The notes under the pieces were generated by a model. The model was given only the letters and a program-made list of their open reading frames with translations. It had not been told where the DNA came from and ran no database searches. A stretch of DNA of 64,000 bases from Massalongia carnosa (taxonomy: Eukaryota), in the NCBI GenBank assembly GCA_965645245.1, contig OZ287070.1, positions 930,001 to 994,000 on the forward strand. Reading direction: 5' to 3'. Numbering within the stretch: the stretch's first letter is position 1; the number at the start of each line of letters is the position of its first letter. Position numbers and translations under genes: made by a program. Shown in pieces: positions 13,513 through 25,823 of the stretch.

Positions 13513-15188
13513 TCATTGGTTAAATATGCATACTCGATCTCCGTAGCCAAGAAGACCCGCGATCCGGCCAATGCGGAACTGATGTCCAAATGTCTTTTCC
13601 ATGTGCTCTCTTGTACGCGTGCAAAGACCGTTGTCTTTCCAAACGCTTCGGCACGCGGTATGCTCCATGCTCTTCCATATCAATGGTTCGGGATCGATGC
13701 CCATGGGTTCCATGTCCTCTACCTTAAAGATGCGGTAATGCTCCTTCAGATGTCTATAGATAGATGATTCCGGATTCTCCAGAGCGCTGAGTGATATCGC
13801 ATCAATAGGATCTGAAGCGCATCCGATACACATGAACGCGCGAACACCCCACTTGACCACGTTCGAATGTAAAAACATGGGTTCGTAACCAGTCTGGTTG
13901 TTAGGATCCGCCTGTAACATCCCAATTCCATGGGTGGTGCCATTGACGAACAGGGTCTTTAAGTCATGAGGGACAGTGTAATATTCTTGATGAAGAGATC
14001 TGAGGGCCATGGGGAATGTGTCCTTGTCGCCCCAGCCAGCCCAGCCCTGGCTTATCAGAGTGTAGTAATGTTGTGGGCCGTAGTAGTTGTAGTAAGTGGC
14101 TAGATAAAGGGACTGCCAACGATAATTAGCTATCAGCTATGGTAGCGACGCATACGCATATGTTCATACCTTCCAATGCCGCTTCTTGTCCCATAATAAT
14201 TGACCGGACTCTATGGTCTTTGTGTCTTCTTTTATGAGTACATCTGAGGCTTCATTGCTAAGTCCAAGAACATAGGGAAGAACTGGGGAACCAGAGTGTT
14301 TCCAATAATCTGACCAGAGCACCACTCCCGTATCCACGAAGCTCTTAGAATCAAAAACTTTATCTGGATTCCTCACAGGCACATTATCCCCGTCCAGGAA
14401 CAGCACTTGTTCAAAAGAGGAGAGTAAGATGGAGTTGATCTTGAGTTGATAGCCGTGCTCTAATTTGGAAACATCCATGTAATCGCTGAGTCTCCGACAG
14501 GCCATGCCCTCATCCCGTAGCTCATCACACCATCCTGGCTTTTCTTCCTCTTTATCTTTCATCCACACCTCAACAGGTAGCTTGCAGCCGATCTCCCGAA
14601 GCATACCCAGCCCGGTGGAAGCGTAGTCTGAATACCGTCCCCCTGCTAACATCACAATCCCACGACCCAAGTAAAGCCCTTTGGGATAAGGGACAAGCTT
14701 CTTCGTAACTTCAACATGACTGTTACGCGTTGCCTCTGCATCAGGCTTTGAAATCTTTGTTTGGTTCTTTATGGCTTCAACGTTGGGGAATTCGCCCCCT
14801 GTATCAAACTTCTTTTGTCTTAGGGTTAGAGGATGGGGAGGATGATCGTCGAAGATAATTTGCAGTTCGTTCCATAACTGGGAGAGAAGGGGCCTAGATG
14901 GCTCCTTGGGAAGAGGTATAGACTTCACAAGCCGATCCCGGGGAGATTTGCACGCAAGGAAGTTTGTCGGCGTTGAGGAGATATACTGCGTGGCTCGAAT
15001 GGCTACGACCATTAGAAGAACCCATCCAACGAGGATGATGGCTTGCTGTCTCGGTGACCCTTGTGAAGCAAATTAGCAATGACTACCTCGTCCATTGCGC
15101 CACCTTTACCTTTCAAGAACCGTCTGAACCTTCGTACGCTGTTCCTGAAATAGTGTTTGGGAGCTGGATCCTCTCCGTAAAGCTGCAT
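13513..15188 (-). CDS. Alpha-1,2-mannosyltransferase, GT71 (Mnn2/Mnn5 family), 3 exons
   Basis: Motifs GRGIVMLAGG, LLSSFEQVLFLDGDN, WSDYW, ESGQLLWDK and GWGDKDTF. The type II TM segment AIILVGWVLLMVVAI is restored by splicing the 50-nt intron 15060..15109 onto an exon starting at ATG 15188. Confidence 0.88.
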
Positions 15189-15390
15189 CTTTATGTCATT
15201 AGAACAAGCAGCTTCAATGGCTTTCCGTAAGGCCAAGTGTAGCAGTGAAAGATTGTACGATAAGAAATGGGGGTCTCAATGAATGGCACCTTCAGGGGCC
15301 TAGTGGCTGGTTGACTCTACATAAGCTAAAAATACCGTATTTATCAGCTGCCAAGGTATCCCTTGTTTAAGGAAGAAGGCGAGTCTGGCA

Positions 15391-15490
15391 TTCTTTACAT
15401 ACTGTGTACAGATACAGAGTACTGTACTTCACACTCCATATTCTTTACATACTGTGTACAGATACAGAGTACTGTACTTCACACTCCATA
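15391..15490. repeat. Perfect 50-bp tandem duplication
   Basis: TTCTTTACATACTGTGTACAGATACAGAGTACTGTACTTCACACTCCATA occurs twice back to back. Confidence 0.97.
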
Positions 15491-15831
15491 CGGCCAAAGG
15501 GTAGTTAAGCTTAGCACGTGCTTAGGTAACTAATGTTTGATACGATACTACGCTAATTTAACCTCTTAAGATTATCGCCTTATCTTTCCCCGCCAAACGC
15601 CTATGGTAACTGTCATCGTGTCCAGCATCTGTTGAAGGGCATGGATGCAGTACTATTACGGGGTACTCGTATGGATACCAATTTTAAACGATTCGGATTG
15701 GGCCTCTTTTGAATCAACATCTTGAGGTCTTAGTATGATGATTGCTCCTAACTGTGCGGTAATGACTTTCGCCACCTACTCCCGCCTACACGTATCGGAT
15801 TTCCAATTTCATTCTCCGAGGTATCTTAGCA

Positions 15832-18800
15832 ATGCCCGAGAATGCTTCTGTATTTGATCAGGTCCTCAATGGCCAGAAAGCATCCGTGAAGCACAAGTGG
15901 CGAGGGAAGCTGTTCTCTAACGAGGGAAAGTTAAAGAAGAGCACCGAAGCCTCTGAAAATGATGTCTTAGACTTTCTGAATACTTCGTGGAGTAAAGATG
16001 ATGCAAGACGATCCCAAGACCTGCTAGTGCCGCGCATTGACACCTCCGCGGCGCGACGATGGCCTTCTACTGCAGAAGTAATCCAATCCACAATCAACCA
16101 GCCTGAGCGACTGCGGAAGCCTCCAAGGAAGATAGGGCTTCAAGTTACTTTTGAAAGTGCCGCACCGGAAGTAATTGGTGAGGGCGGAGATGAAGCAGAG
16201 TTGCCAGTTATTACAATTTCGAAGTCACGCGAGCAATTCACACCACAACAATCATTACAAGCGAGTAACGTGGGAGAAGCGACTTCAAGCCCTCTGCAAG
16301 CCAAGGAAGACAAACAACAAATTTACTTACAAGACTCATCGCTCGTAGACAACATAGATATTTCCAAGCCTCCGCCATTACATAGAAGACCAACCGGACT
16401 AATTGACCCATCAAGAGAAGGAGATTCTCCGCTAAGCAATCTGGGCTCCCCTGGTGGCGAACTCAGTCCATCTACGCAGTCGTCAAACTCTCCTCAGCGA
16501 CTCCCTCCCCTTCGACCTTTCAGACACAGTGTTCTTTCGGAGGCTTCAATATCCCTTCAGGATGCTGAATCTAGAGAAGCAAAGCAGGACATTATAGAAG
16601 AACTCACCCATCCTAATGAAAGCAACCCTCTAACAAATAATACAAGTGTCGATGCCACGACACCTAAGCTGAATGTACCTTCCTTCGACGCAAGTTTATC
16701 AACGGAAAATTCTATAACACCGATACCCTCACCGCAACCATCATTGCCTATTAGAAATGCTTCGCTTTCACACAGACGAACACTAGTGTTTGGCTCCGAG
16801 TACTTCGCCGTGCCTGTAATATCAAGTGATGAGCCACCGAAAGCTCGGCTTTTGAAGGAAGATGAATCACAAAAGCCACTATTAGAACCTCGAGTATTCT
16901 CCATTCGCGATGTTGCAAAAAACCTTGGAGATGACGCCCTGGAGGATTTTGCCTCCCGGGTACATCGCTTCAACGCCATCTTCCAGATTGGTGCGACAGT
17001 CACGTCGCTAGTAATGAGCATTCCCTTCATCCAATGGATCCGGACGGGAGCATATTGGTTTCTTAAAGGTAGAGGGGAGTTGGAAATAGCTGTTCGTACT
17101 GAAGCGCGGGCTGCCCAAGGATCTCTCCCCGAAAACGATTCATGTGTTTCCATTGGACTTAGGCAAGCCTATCTTGATCTTGCTAAGGCTTGGTGGATCC
17201 TAGAAAACATTACCACAAATCATCCAGAGCCTAGAAAGTTCGGGAGTGCAAGCATGAGCTCTCTAGTAGCAATTGTAAAAAGTTTTGGAGATGTAAGATT
17301 AGCGGAGTTGATTGGAGTCCACTTGGGGATCACAGCCAATATGCGAGCTTTGACAATGTCAATGAAGAGAAACGGGAGGTTACCACCTGTTTCGTTTGAA
17401 ATACAAGGACTAGAAACCAGGATTTTCGTCGAATTCCCTACTTTACCTTCCAATGTCGGGGTGGTTCTTTCAGAGCACTCTCAATCATTAGCTGGGGAAG
17501 ATCCACGTAAAGCAAAGCCCTTCTTTCCAATTCCGGTGGGTGACACGAAGTGTCATTTTGTGTACAGCAGCGTCATGGTTGATTTAATATTTGCTTCTCA
17601 AGATAATCAAAGTAAAGAAATTCGTCTTCCTTGTGTGCTCACAATCCTTCGCGAAAGGAGTGACTGGGATTTGCAAGCTGTGATCGCCAGCCAGGATGGC
17701 AAAGTCAACCTTCTCATTCAGTCTGACAAACATACTGGTCTGACATGGGACAAAGTGGGTTGGAAAATCAAATCTTCGAGCATACGGTTGAAACTGTCAG
17801 AAAGAGTCGATATTCATGTTCAATTCTCGGAGAAGGACTTCAAAACTTTTTGGGGCATCCATGATTATACAAGAAAGGTTCAAGAAGGTTTGCGATGTTG
17901 GGACGAAGAACAACTCGTCTTCAAGGACAGTTTAAAAAGTTTCCAGAACATAGATCAGCAGAGCGCGAAGTTGTTTCCAGCTGAACCAGTTAGAAACTGT
18001 TCATTACGGCTTTTCGAGAAAAAACCCCTATTGTCAGAGGGCAATGAAAGGCGCAGGATGCACGGTGGCTATCGTTTGATAATTGTGACGCCTCCTAGCA
18101 CTAAGACTCTGAGCAGCGTTAGCGTTGACATCGACAAGAAAACACCAATCTTGTTTAGCTACCTACGTGGTGAAGACTCTGCACCTGCTTTGCTCCTTAA
18201 ACTATCTAAACCCTCGGTGGACTCATCAATGTTGATGGCTTTTCAAGAAGCCACCAATCGAGGTCTCTTTCATTCCTTGATCGACGGCACATCGGTCTCC
18301 CCAAGCGAAATCTGCTCTCAACCGCTTCTTTTAGATAGCTTCACTATCTTCGAAACGATGGTCGAGGGCTTACCATTTTTCCCCGGCCAAAACTTTGTCA
18401 ATGCTCTGCGTTGGCAGCAATTGCGGGTAATCAACAAAGGGCCAAAAAGCCCTTCCCATAGCAATCGGACCGCACCCGCAGAAAATCTACGCATCTGGAC
18501 GGAGTGTGAGATTGGTAGCTTTGTTGATCGAATGAACTTTGGTGAATAAATCTATTCCACTGAATCATTCGTAATATACTCACATCATGACAGGACCTGG
18601 GGAGATGCGAATAAGCTTATGCGTCGATCCTTTGCCTGAAATTCGATTTCTACGACAACGACATGCAGATGCGACATTTTCTTTTGCGAAGAACAAAATA
18701 TCGAAGGAAGACGCAGACGCCTTGTGTCGTAAGCTTCAGTCAATGGCGACTACAAATACCATACACTGCTTCAGATTTCGCTCCATGACAGGTGACGCAT

Positions 18801-19443
18801 ACCTCAATCCTTTGACGGTGTTATATAACTGACTGACTGAAAGATCTGCACACTTATCAAGCTCTAGTCACAGGCTTCCGCGTGATGTTCGATGGGTAGG
18901 ATCCGCGCTAGAACTCAAACTGTTTACGGCCTGGCTGACTGTCCTGTTGATCCGTTCTAGGTCCGCCATTGGTTTTTCCATCTCCCGACGCCGCATGGTC
19001 GTTCCCATTTACAAACGTTGGGAAGTAAGCTTTGCCAGGCTGCAGATCATCCAGCAGGAGAAGATCGTCCAACTGGTCGGCTTCTTCAAAGACTTTACCC
19101 ACGGCTCCTGCATGAATTTCGTTCTGAAAGGCACCGACGTCTTCGAATCCTTCGCCCGCTCTGGCATTTACTACATCCGCATTGTCGATGCTAAATTCGC
19201 ATTACCTAAGAACGGAGACGACTCCAGCAAGGACTTTGTGTGTCTCGACATGCCAGAATACCCAGGGGAGCATGATGATATAACTGTAGGCTTCGAAAGC
19301 GAGGCGGGTATGTTTTGGAATCCCTTATGACACAATAGACATGATTATCCTGACTTTAGGTGCGAATAGAGCGAGATAGATTTGGGGATGCGCTGCCGGC
19401 GGCAGTCAATACCATTTCACGAATGGCTTCTTTACGGCGATGA
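15832..19443 (+). CDS. Large fungal protein of unknown function (about 1130 aa, 5 exons)
   Basis: A 905-aa first ORF continues through introns at about 18542-18593, 18792-18843, 18896-18960 and 19308-19369 to ...SRMASLRR-TGA at 19443. Confidence 0.8.
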
Positions 19444-19748
19444 TGACGGGGGACTGGTGATGAGGTTTATTAGGTATGACATAGCTGGCATTCTACGTCA
19501 AATCAGGCATAGCTTGCGGTTTTGCGGCCCGTTTATTTATCTATGTTAGTTTGACCTGTAGAGTACGTTCTGGTGGCACGGGGGTGGTTAAAGCGAACGA
19601 TAACGTTACATCACCTGACTCCAGTGAGGTGCTTTTTAACCCCACGAGGCAAAAACTCGAGGAACTTTGAGAAGCAATAACTTACTTGATTTATCCCTTT
19701 CTGTTTTGGGCAACGACGATGAGGAAGGAGAGAAAGTCAGAGACAAAC

Positions 19749-21173
19749 ATGTGCACCCCCCCAAAAGCCGGAAACACTGGCCCGGATCCCCCGCTCTCCG
19801 CTTCCCCGCCATCTCTTTCCCCGCCCCGCCCCCGCACCCTCGCTCAAGAAACCTTAGCACTACATGCAGATGACCACCTAAACATCACTTCGGACATCGC
19901 CCCCCCGCTCCACCTCTCCACCAATTTTCACTACCCTTCCGACCCCGCCGCCCTCATCCCCGCTGCAGAAATTCATACCCGTCAACAAATCCCGGCCCTG
20001 TCTGATGCTGCGTTCTATCCCATCTCCGGCCCTCCGGCCGCTTCCTTCACCTCCCCCTCCGAGCCCCAAGTCCCTACAACTCCCTACATCTATAGCCGCG
20101 ACTCCGCCCCTACCACCACCCGCCTGGAGGTAATCCTCGCCTCCCTCCTCCACGGCGATGCCATAACCTACACAACCGGCCTCTCCGCCCTCCACGCCCT
20201 ATACACCTTCCTTCAACCAGCCCGCGTTTCCATCCCCCCAGGGACCGGTTATCACGGCTCCCACGCCGTTCTTGCCCTCCACGCCCGTCTCGCCTGTACG
20301 CGCATCCTGCCTCTAGACTGCCCTCCCTCGAGCCTCGAACCAGGCGATCTGATCCATCTCGAAACCCCCCAGAACCCCACCGGGGAAGCGTCCAACATCG
20401 AGCTCTATGCGCAAAAAGCGCACGCGCGCGGTGCCTTCCTGCTCGTCGACAGTACCTTCGCCCCGCCCCCGCTGCAGGATCCCTTCCAGTGGGGCGCGGA
20501 CGTGGTGTGGCACAGTGGCACCAAGTATCTGGGAGGCCACGGCGATCTATTGTGTGGGGTTTTGGCCGTGCGGCGGGCGGACTGGGCGGCTGGGCTACGG
20601 GCGCAACGGACCGTGCTGGGGAGCGTGATGGGCGGGCTGGAAGCCTGGCTAGCGGTGAGGAGTCTACGGACGCTGACGCTGCGGGTGAGGCGGCAGAGCG
20701 AGAGCGCGGGGCGATTGGTCGCTTGGCTCGATGGAGTCGTCAGCGGCGACGGTGAGGATCAGGACGGGAAGCCGCTGGAGCAGGAGAAGCATGAAGGGTG
20801 GGGACGAAACGTGGTGGAGCGGGTGCAGCACGCGAGCCTACAGCAGCGTCCCGCACCGGCCGAGTGGCTGACGCGGCAAATGCCCCATGGCTTCGGCGCC
20901 GTGTTTGTCATCTGGATGCGCACTACCGACCTAGCGCGCCGCCTACCGAGTCGCCTACGGCTGTTCAAGCACGCGACCAGTCTGGGCGGGGTGGAGAGCC
21001 TGCTAGAGTGGCGCGCCATGAGCGACGAGGAGGTTGACGGCCGGCTGGTAAGGATTAGTGTGGGGGTGGAGGAGTGGCAGGACCTGAAGGATGATCTGAG
21101 GGCGGGGCTGAGGGGGTTGGCGGAGGAGGCGAGACGGAGGGGGGGAAACGACGAGATGATTAGTAAGCTCTAA
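19749..21173 (+). CDS. Cys/Met metabolism PLP-dependent enzyme (cystathionine gamma-synthase / beta-lyase family), intronless
   Basis: Motifs TLALHADD, APPLHLSTNF, YSR, LETPQNPTG, VDSTFAPP, HSGTKYLGGHGD (PLP lysine), RSLRTL and ATSLGGVESL. The start could instead be ATG 19716. Confidence 0.92.
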   Translation: MCTPPKAGNTGPDPPLSASPPSLSPPRPRTLAQETLALHADDHLNITSDIAPPLHLSTNFHYPSDPAALIPAAEIHTRQQIPALSDAAFYPISGPPAASFTSPSEPQVPTTPYIYSRDSAPTTTRLEVILASLLHGDAITYTTGLSALHALYTFLQPARVSIPPGTGYHGSHAVLALHARLACTRILPLDCPPSSLEPGDLIHLETPQNPTGEASNIELYAQKAHARGAFLLVDSTFAPPPLQDPFQWGADVVWHSGTKYLGGHGDLLCGVLAVRRADWAAGLRAQRTVLGSVMGGLEAWLAVRSLRTLTLRVRRQSESAGRLVAWLDGVVSGDGEDQDGKPLEQEKHEGWGRNVVERVQHASLQQRPAPAEWLTRQMPHGFGAVFVIWMRTTDLARRLPSRLRLFKHATSLGGVESLLEWRAMSDEEVDGRLVRISVGVEEWQDLKDDLRAGLRGLAEEARRRGGNDEMISKL

Positions 21174-23558
21174 GCACAACGTTCGGCGTCTATCTAGGTT
21201 ATGCTCAGGCAAGAGGGTTGGTAAGGTGTGATAGAATTCTATATTCTAGTTTATCTGAACTACAAACACCATCTTATATATACCAACCCGTCATTCCAGC
21301 AAGCGCAACTAATTTCAATTTAGAGATCTATCCAAGCAGGTAGGTAGGTCGGGATTATGCCACCGCACAGTTGCTAATCTGATCATTATTCGATGTCTCT
21401 CCCCCACGCCCACTTCCCTTTCCGGGGAGGATTTCGGTAAAGAAAGACAGTGGAGGACGAGTTTATTGATGGGGTTTTGATTAGAGAAGACGAGAAGAGC
21501 ACGCCGAATAGGTTTGAGATATGGATCATGATTTCTTTATTAACTTGTATTTCGTTCGTGCAAAAAATTAACCACTTTCAGAAAATCCCCCCCTTTTTTT
21601 ACTGGGAAACATTCCTGCCCGTGAAATCATCTTTTTAATATTTTCAATAAATCTGATACAGGAGAGCAGCATCATGGCACAGTGAAGAAGAAGAAGAAAA
21701 AGAAGAAGGGAATGAAAAACAAGATGAGAGGCGAGGACGAGCGGCGAGCGGCGAAAAGAAAATTGTCAGCCGAGGGAATTGGGGGGAGGAAGGAATCCAT
21801 AAATACATACCCAATTGTGCATTGAATATCTTCATATGTATGGATTTGAAAAAAAAAAGCGAGAAAACAAGAATAAATAGCGGATGTGAAGGCTCCTCTA
21901 CCTAACTAAATTTTCCCCAGTACACACTAGCTCTCCATTGTAGTTCCTATTCTTTTGCCGATACCAGGAGTATCATAACCTCCTCTTCTCGAATCTTCTC
22001 TGAAAGATTCAGAAAAGGGGAACTTGGAGGGAGAGTTTAGGGGTGTAAAAGACGAGGAGGCCTACGGTGTTAAATTGTAATCATCATTCTCCTTCTCAAC
22101 TCCCCAGAATCCCCAAGCCCCCTTTCCCTCCACCTTCGCACTCGCACTAAAAGTCTTAACTCCTGGAGTCCTACACACATCACGTGTCTCGAAAGCTGCT
22201 CGCGAAAGGGCCATTGCTGGAGCTAGCGCCCTGGTAGTGATAACTGAACGAAAAAGAAGTGTTCGCGCCAATCGTGAACACGACCGTCGAGCGAATTCTC
22301 CAATACGGAAGAGACGCTAATATAAACCGTGATAACATTCACACTTTTCACGCCGACAAACTGCGGGGTAGTTAGCTAAGGGTAGGCTCCTTTGAGATAG
22401 GGGCTCATAGGGCCGAGGAACAAGCCGGTGGACCATATTCTCTATGAGTAGCGGTCAGAACGCGTGAATGGATTTCAGACGCAATATCGCCTCAGGTGAG
22501 GCTCCCAAAAATAAGCATGATGGGAGAGATTAGTATAATATGCATAGTCTGTCCATATGGAAGTGGAAAACCAGTAAGGCTACTGGGGTGGAAACAAAGA
22601 GTAAAACTGTGAAAAGGAGGTGGTGATCGCAGCCCAGGAGAAGTTCCGACGGTATCGATGAATGATAAATGTTGACGGTAGTCCCCTCACCAGATAGCGG
22701 CGCGTTATACCAAAATGTGAGCGATTTTCTGTAGCCCCACACATAATTTACCTGTGTTACTCGTGGTCGTGCTCGAAGTAGGCAGTAAATCATTGAAATA
22801 GAACACAAAAGACTCCTCTATCTTTTCATAAAACGCGAATACCCTCTTCCTGCTTAATGTGTATGTCTCAGGTCTTTAAATTTTCAGTTCCAGAAACCAT
22901 CCTTTTCTCACCAGACTTTGTTATTGCGTTGGTGCTGTCATCTACATAACTGGATGAGCTTTTCATCGATAGCCAATTTGAATACTCATCAAGCAAAATC
23001 CAGTTGTCTTTCTAGAAGGGCCTCTGCCATAGGTTGCTTCAGAAACTTACCAGATCACCAGTCTTTTCAACTCGGCTCCCGGAATCAGCACATAGTCTCT
23101 GTTCTTTCCTTGCAGGTCGGCATTATCGACCAAACCCTTAGTTTCGGCATTGAGTCCTGGCATTGCCTGTGATCGTCATTAGCACAAAGGTGACTGTTAC
23201 TAACAAAGGCTTCAATCTCTTAAACGCGCTGTGGATGCTTCCAGTATCACCAGCACATGGCATTTCTCCTTTTGGGTTCTTACTTTTAACCTATCACACG
23301 ATTCCTGTTAGTTGTAGGCTTGCAATATCACCAAGTCTTCAATTTCGGTGTTGAATTTGCTATTTCCTCGATCCCCATTGACGGGAAATTCGCTGGCTCT
23401 TAAGAAAGCCATCTCGTACTTGGTTCCACTTCAGATGGCCCCTGGATCTTCGATATTCGCGCTTTCTTAGATTGCTTGTATCACATAAGAGCGAGACCGG
23501 TCTTAGTTTACAAGCTTCTACCACATCAAAGAATCCTATCAACCATCAGCTAGAGAAG

Positions 23559-25169
23559 ATGCTCATTCCGACCGCAGGGGTTGTTCACCCCCAGGCCTGC
23601 TATCCTCCTGTTGTTGTGAACCTGGAGAACCTCGGATATCTCACTGATGTTAATCAAAATAGATACTCTCGCGACATTGGCCGGTCGTCGGTTTTGGCAG
23701 GTCGTTGCTATTATGTTTTTGGCGATACTTTCTCCTTTGATAATGGCCGATTTGTCGGAAGCCAAAGTAACACCGCAGCCATCATGCGAGATAGGGCCCA
23801 TCCTGTTGCCACCGAGTATCTTGAGTTCGAGCCTAACGGCAATGCGGAGGCGCTTCTGCAGCTAAACAACCAGGAAAAGCTTGAGATGCAAGAAATCAAC
23901 AAACGAATAGCTTTTTGGATGTTTGGAGGAATAGTAGAAACTACCCCTGGCGTAGGTTTTGTCTGGTATCAAAAGGTGGAGCTTCGAGGAGTGGTATCCG
24001 ATTTTTGCGGCGTTGGGATTGCACGTGTAAGCCTAAAGGATCCACTAGGCCAATTGGAATCCTATCGAGTACCAGGCCTCCTTTTCGCTTCCCATGAGCC
24101 TCGTATTGGGAGTTTTTCGTCCCTTGTGGAGGGCGCGTTCATTTACCTTTGGGGCGACCACAACAGCGACATCATACTGGCTAGAGTACCCAAACAGCTT
24201 CCAACCACTCGGAGTGCTTACAAGTTCTGGAATGGTCAAAAGTATGTCGCGGAATGGACCGCTGCTGTTCCCGTTATGAAGGACATGCAACACGGAGCCT
24301 TCTTCAAGTCCACGCTATTCGGAAGCGAGAGGCCGTGGGTTTTTGTAGGGTGCTCTAAGTGGGGTGATAGTTTGGTTCTCTTGGCAGCTGAGAATACTTT
24401 GGAGGGCCCGTGGAAGGAATTTTCCAGCTTGGGGCAGGCCAGCGGCATTAACCACCCCAATGGCTATATGTATTGCATGTACCCCCACCCGTGGGCATAT
24501 GAGGCCAGTGATGGGGAGTTGCTTGTTACCTGGGCGGAACACTGGCCCGGAGAGGTCGTAGCGGCCAAAATCACGCTGCAGATGGGTAATCTTTGACCCT
24601 ATGAGAGGTAAATCATTCGCTCACGGGATGTAAAGCAGAAAGCAGGACGTATTATTGGTCAATGCTAAACGTAAACCGGTTCTCTTGTGAATCATCAAGT
24701 TTCCCAACGCAGATTTATGCAATGATTGGCTAACCAAACTGCAGATGAGGTCCGTCAACTCCTCGCGCCATTCCTCATCAGCTCCCGCAACCTCGACCCG
24801 AAATGCGAGGCGGAAATTGGGCTGGTGGGCCGTTATGTGGCTCCCGGCTTCGCGGCTCCGGAGGGAACTCTCCCGCTTCACGTACGGGTGAAGGTTTGTG
24901 TTAGCTCTATCTTGCAAATGCTATGTTGATGGCTAAGAGTGATACAGTGTGACAATCCCCTGATCGCACGACAGGCGGTGGATGCTATCAACAATCTGTT
25001 GACCTTAGAGGCGAGGCTCCGAGGAGGTGAGTACAAGATGACTCAACTATGATACTTGACTCTTTCTAACAAATGATATCTAGAGTGGCGAGAGGAGGAG
25101 GAAAAGGGGTCCCGCAGGGGAAGCATCAGCCGTGTCTTCAAGAGGGTATTCCGCCGCAGTGCCGAATGA
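23559..25169 (+). CDS. DUF4185-like beta-propeller protein with a short spliced C-terminal extension
   Basis: Motifs RDIGRSS...YYVFGDTF, FIYLWG, ILARVP, YKFWNG, LEGPW and YCMYPHPWA. The 3' exons end ...VFRRSAE-TGA. Family assigned from motif memory; the 5' end is uncertain. Confidence 0.65.
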
Positions 25170-25823
25170 GATAGGTTTTAATAACAATATCAACGCATTT
25201 ATGACCAAGGATTTGTTAAGGCTGCGTACAAATTGGGATGATGTCTTGAAGACTCGCCTCGTCTGAAACTCCGAATAAGGGAGTGCAGAGAAAGAACTGA
25301 AGCCTAAGTAAGGATTGATATATTGCCGTAAGAAAAGACTCGCTGGGTAAACTGGACGCCACAGGACGTCAAGTTTCTACTTGTAGTTATTCATTGTCTT
25401 TGTAGAAGAGATAATTCACGGGATGAAAATGGAAGTCCTAACATTTTGTACTCCAAAGGGACAACTGAAGCCAGGTTTCCAGCGAACAATTCGTGAAAAT
25501 TGACTATCAAAACGAAACGATGCTCACCTCCTCGCAAAAGAAGCCGGTGTTTTACGAGAAAAGTAGCTACAAAAGAGATGTATTCGCCTGAACTCGCTTA
25601 ATAAGCAGTGGTGCAGTGATGCGGCATGAGAACCTTCAGACCACGCTAGTCTTTTCTTCCACTGCGGCATCCTCATCACACATCACACATCACTCATCCT
25701 CTGTTCATATTTTTTCCTGCAATCGCACAGTATTGACAAAGCCCCTCATATTCTGCATCTCATCTTCGAGAGGTGTAATCAACAGTCCAACACCCCCTCT
25801 AAACCCAGTGTCTGCACCTCATC

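Noticed and set aside
19749..21173. Horizontal transfer of the intronless, GC-rich PLP lyase
   Set aside because: The same GC and skew pattern affects core eukaryotic genes here (U2AF1, DSK2), and the protein looks like the fungal type.
22062..22271. Small minus-strand ORF resembling a mitochondrial presequence
   Set aside because: Starts at TTG, and I found no consistent exon structure linking it to an ATG.
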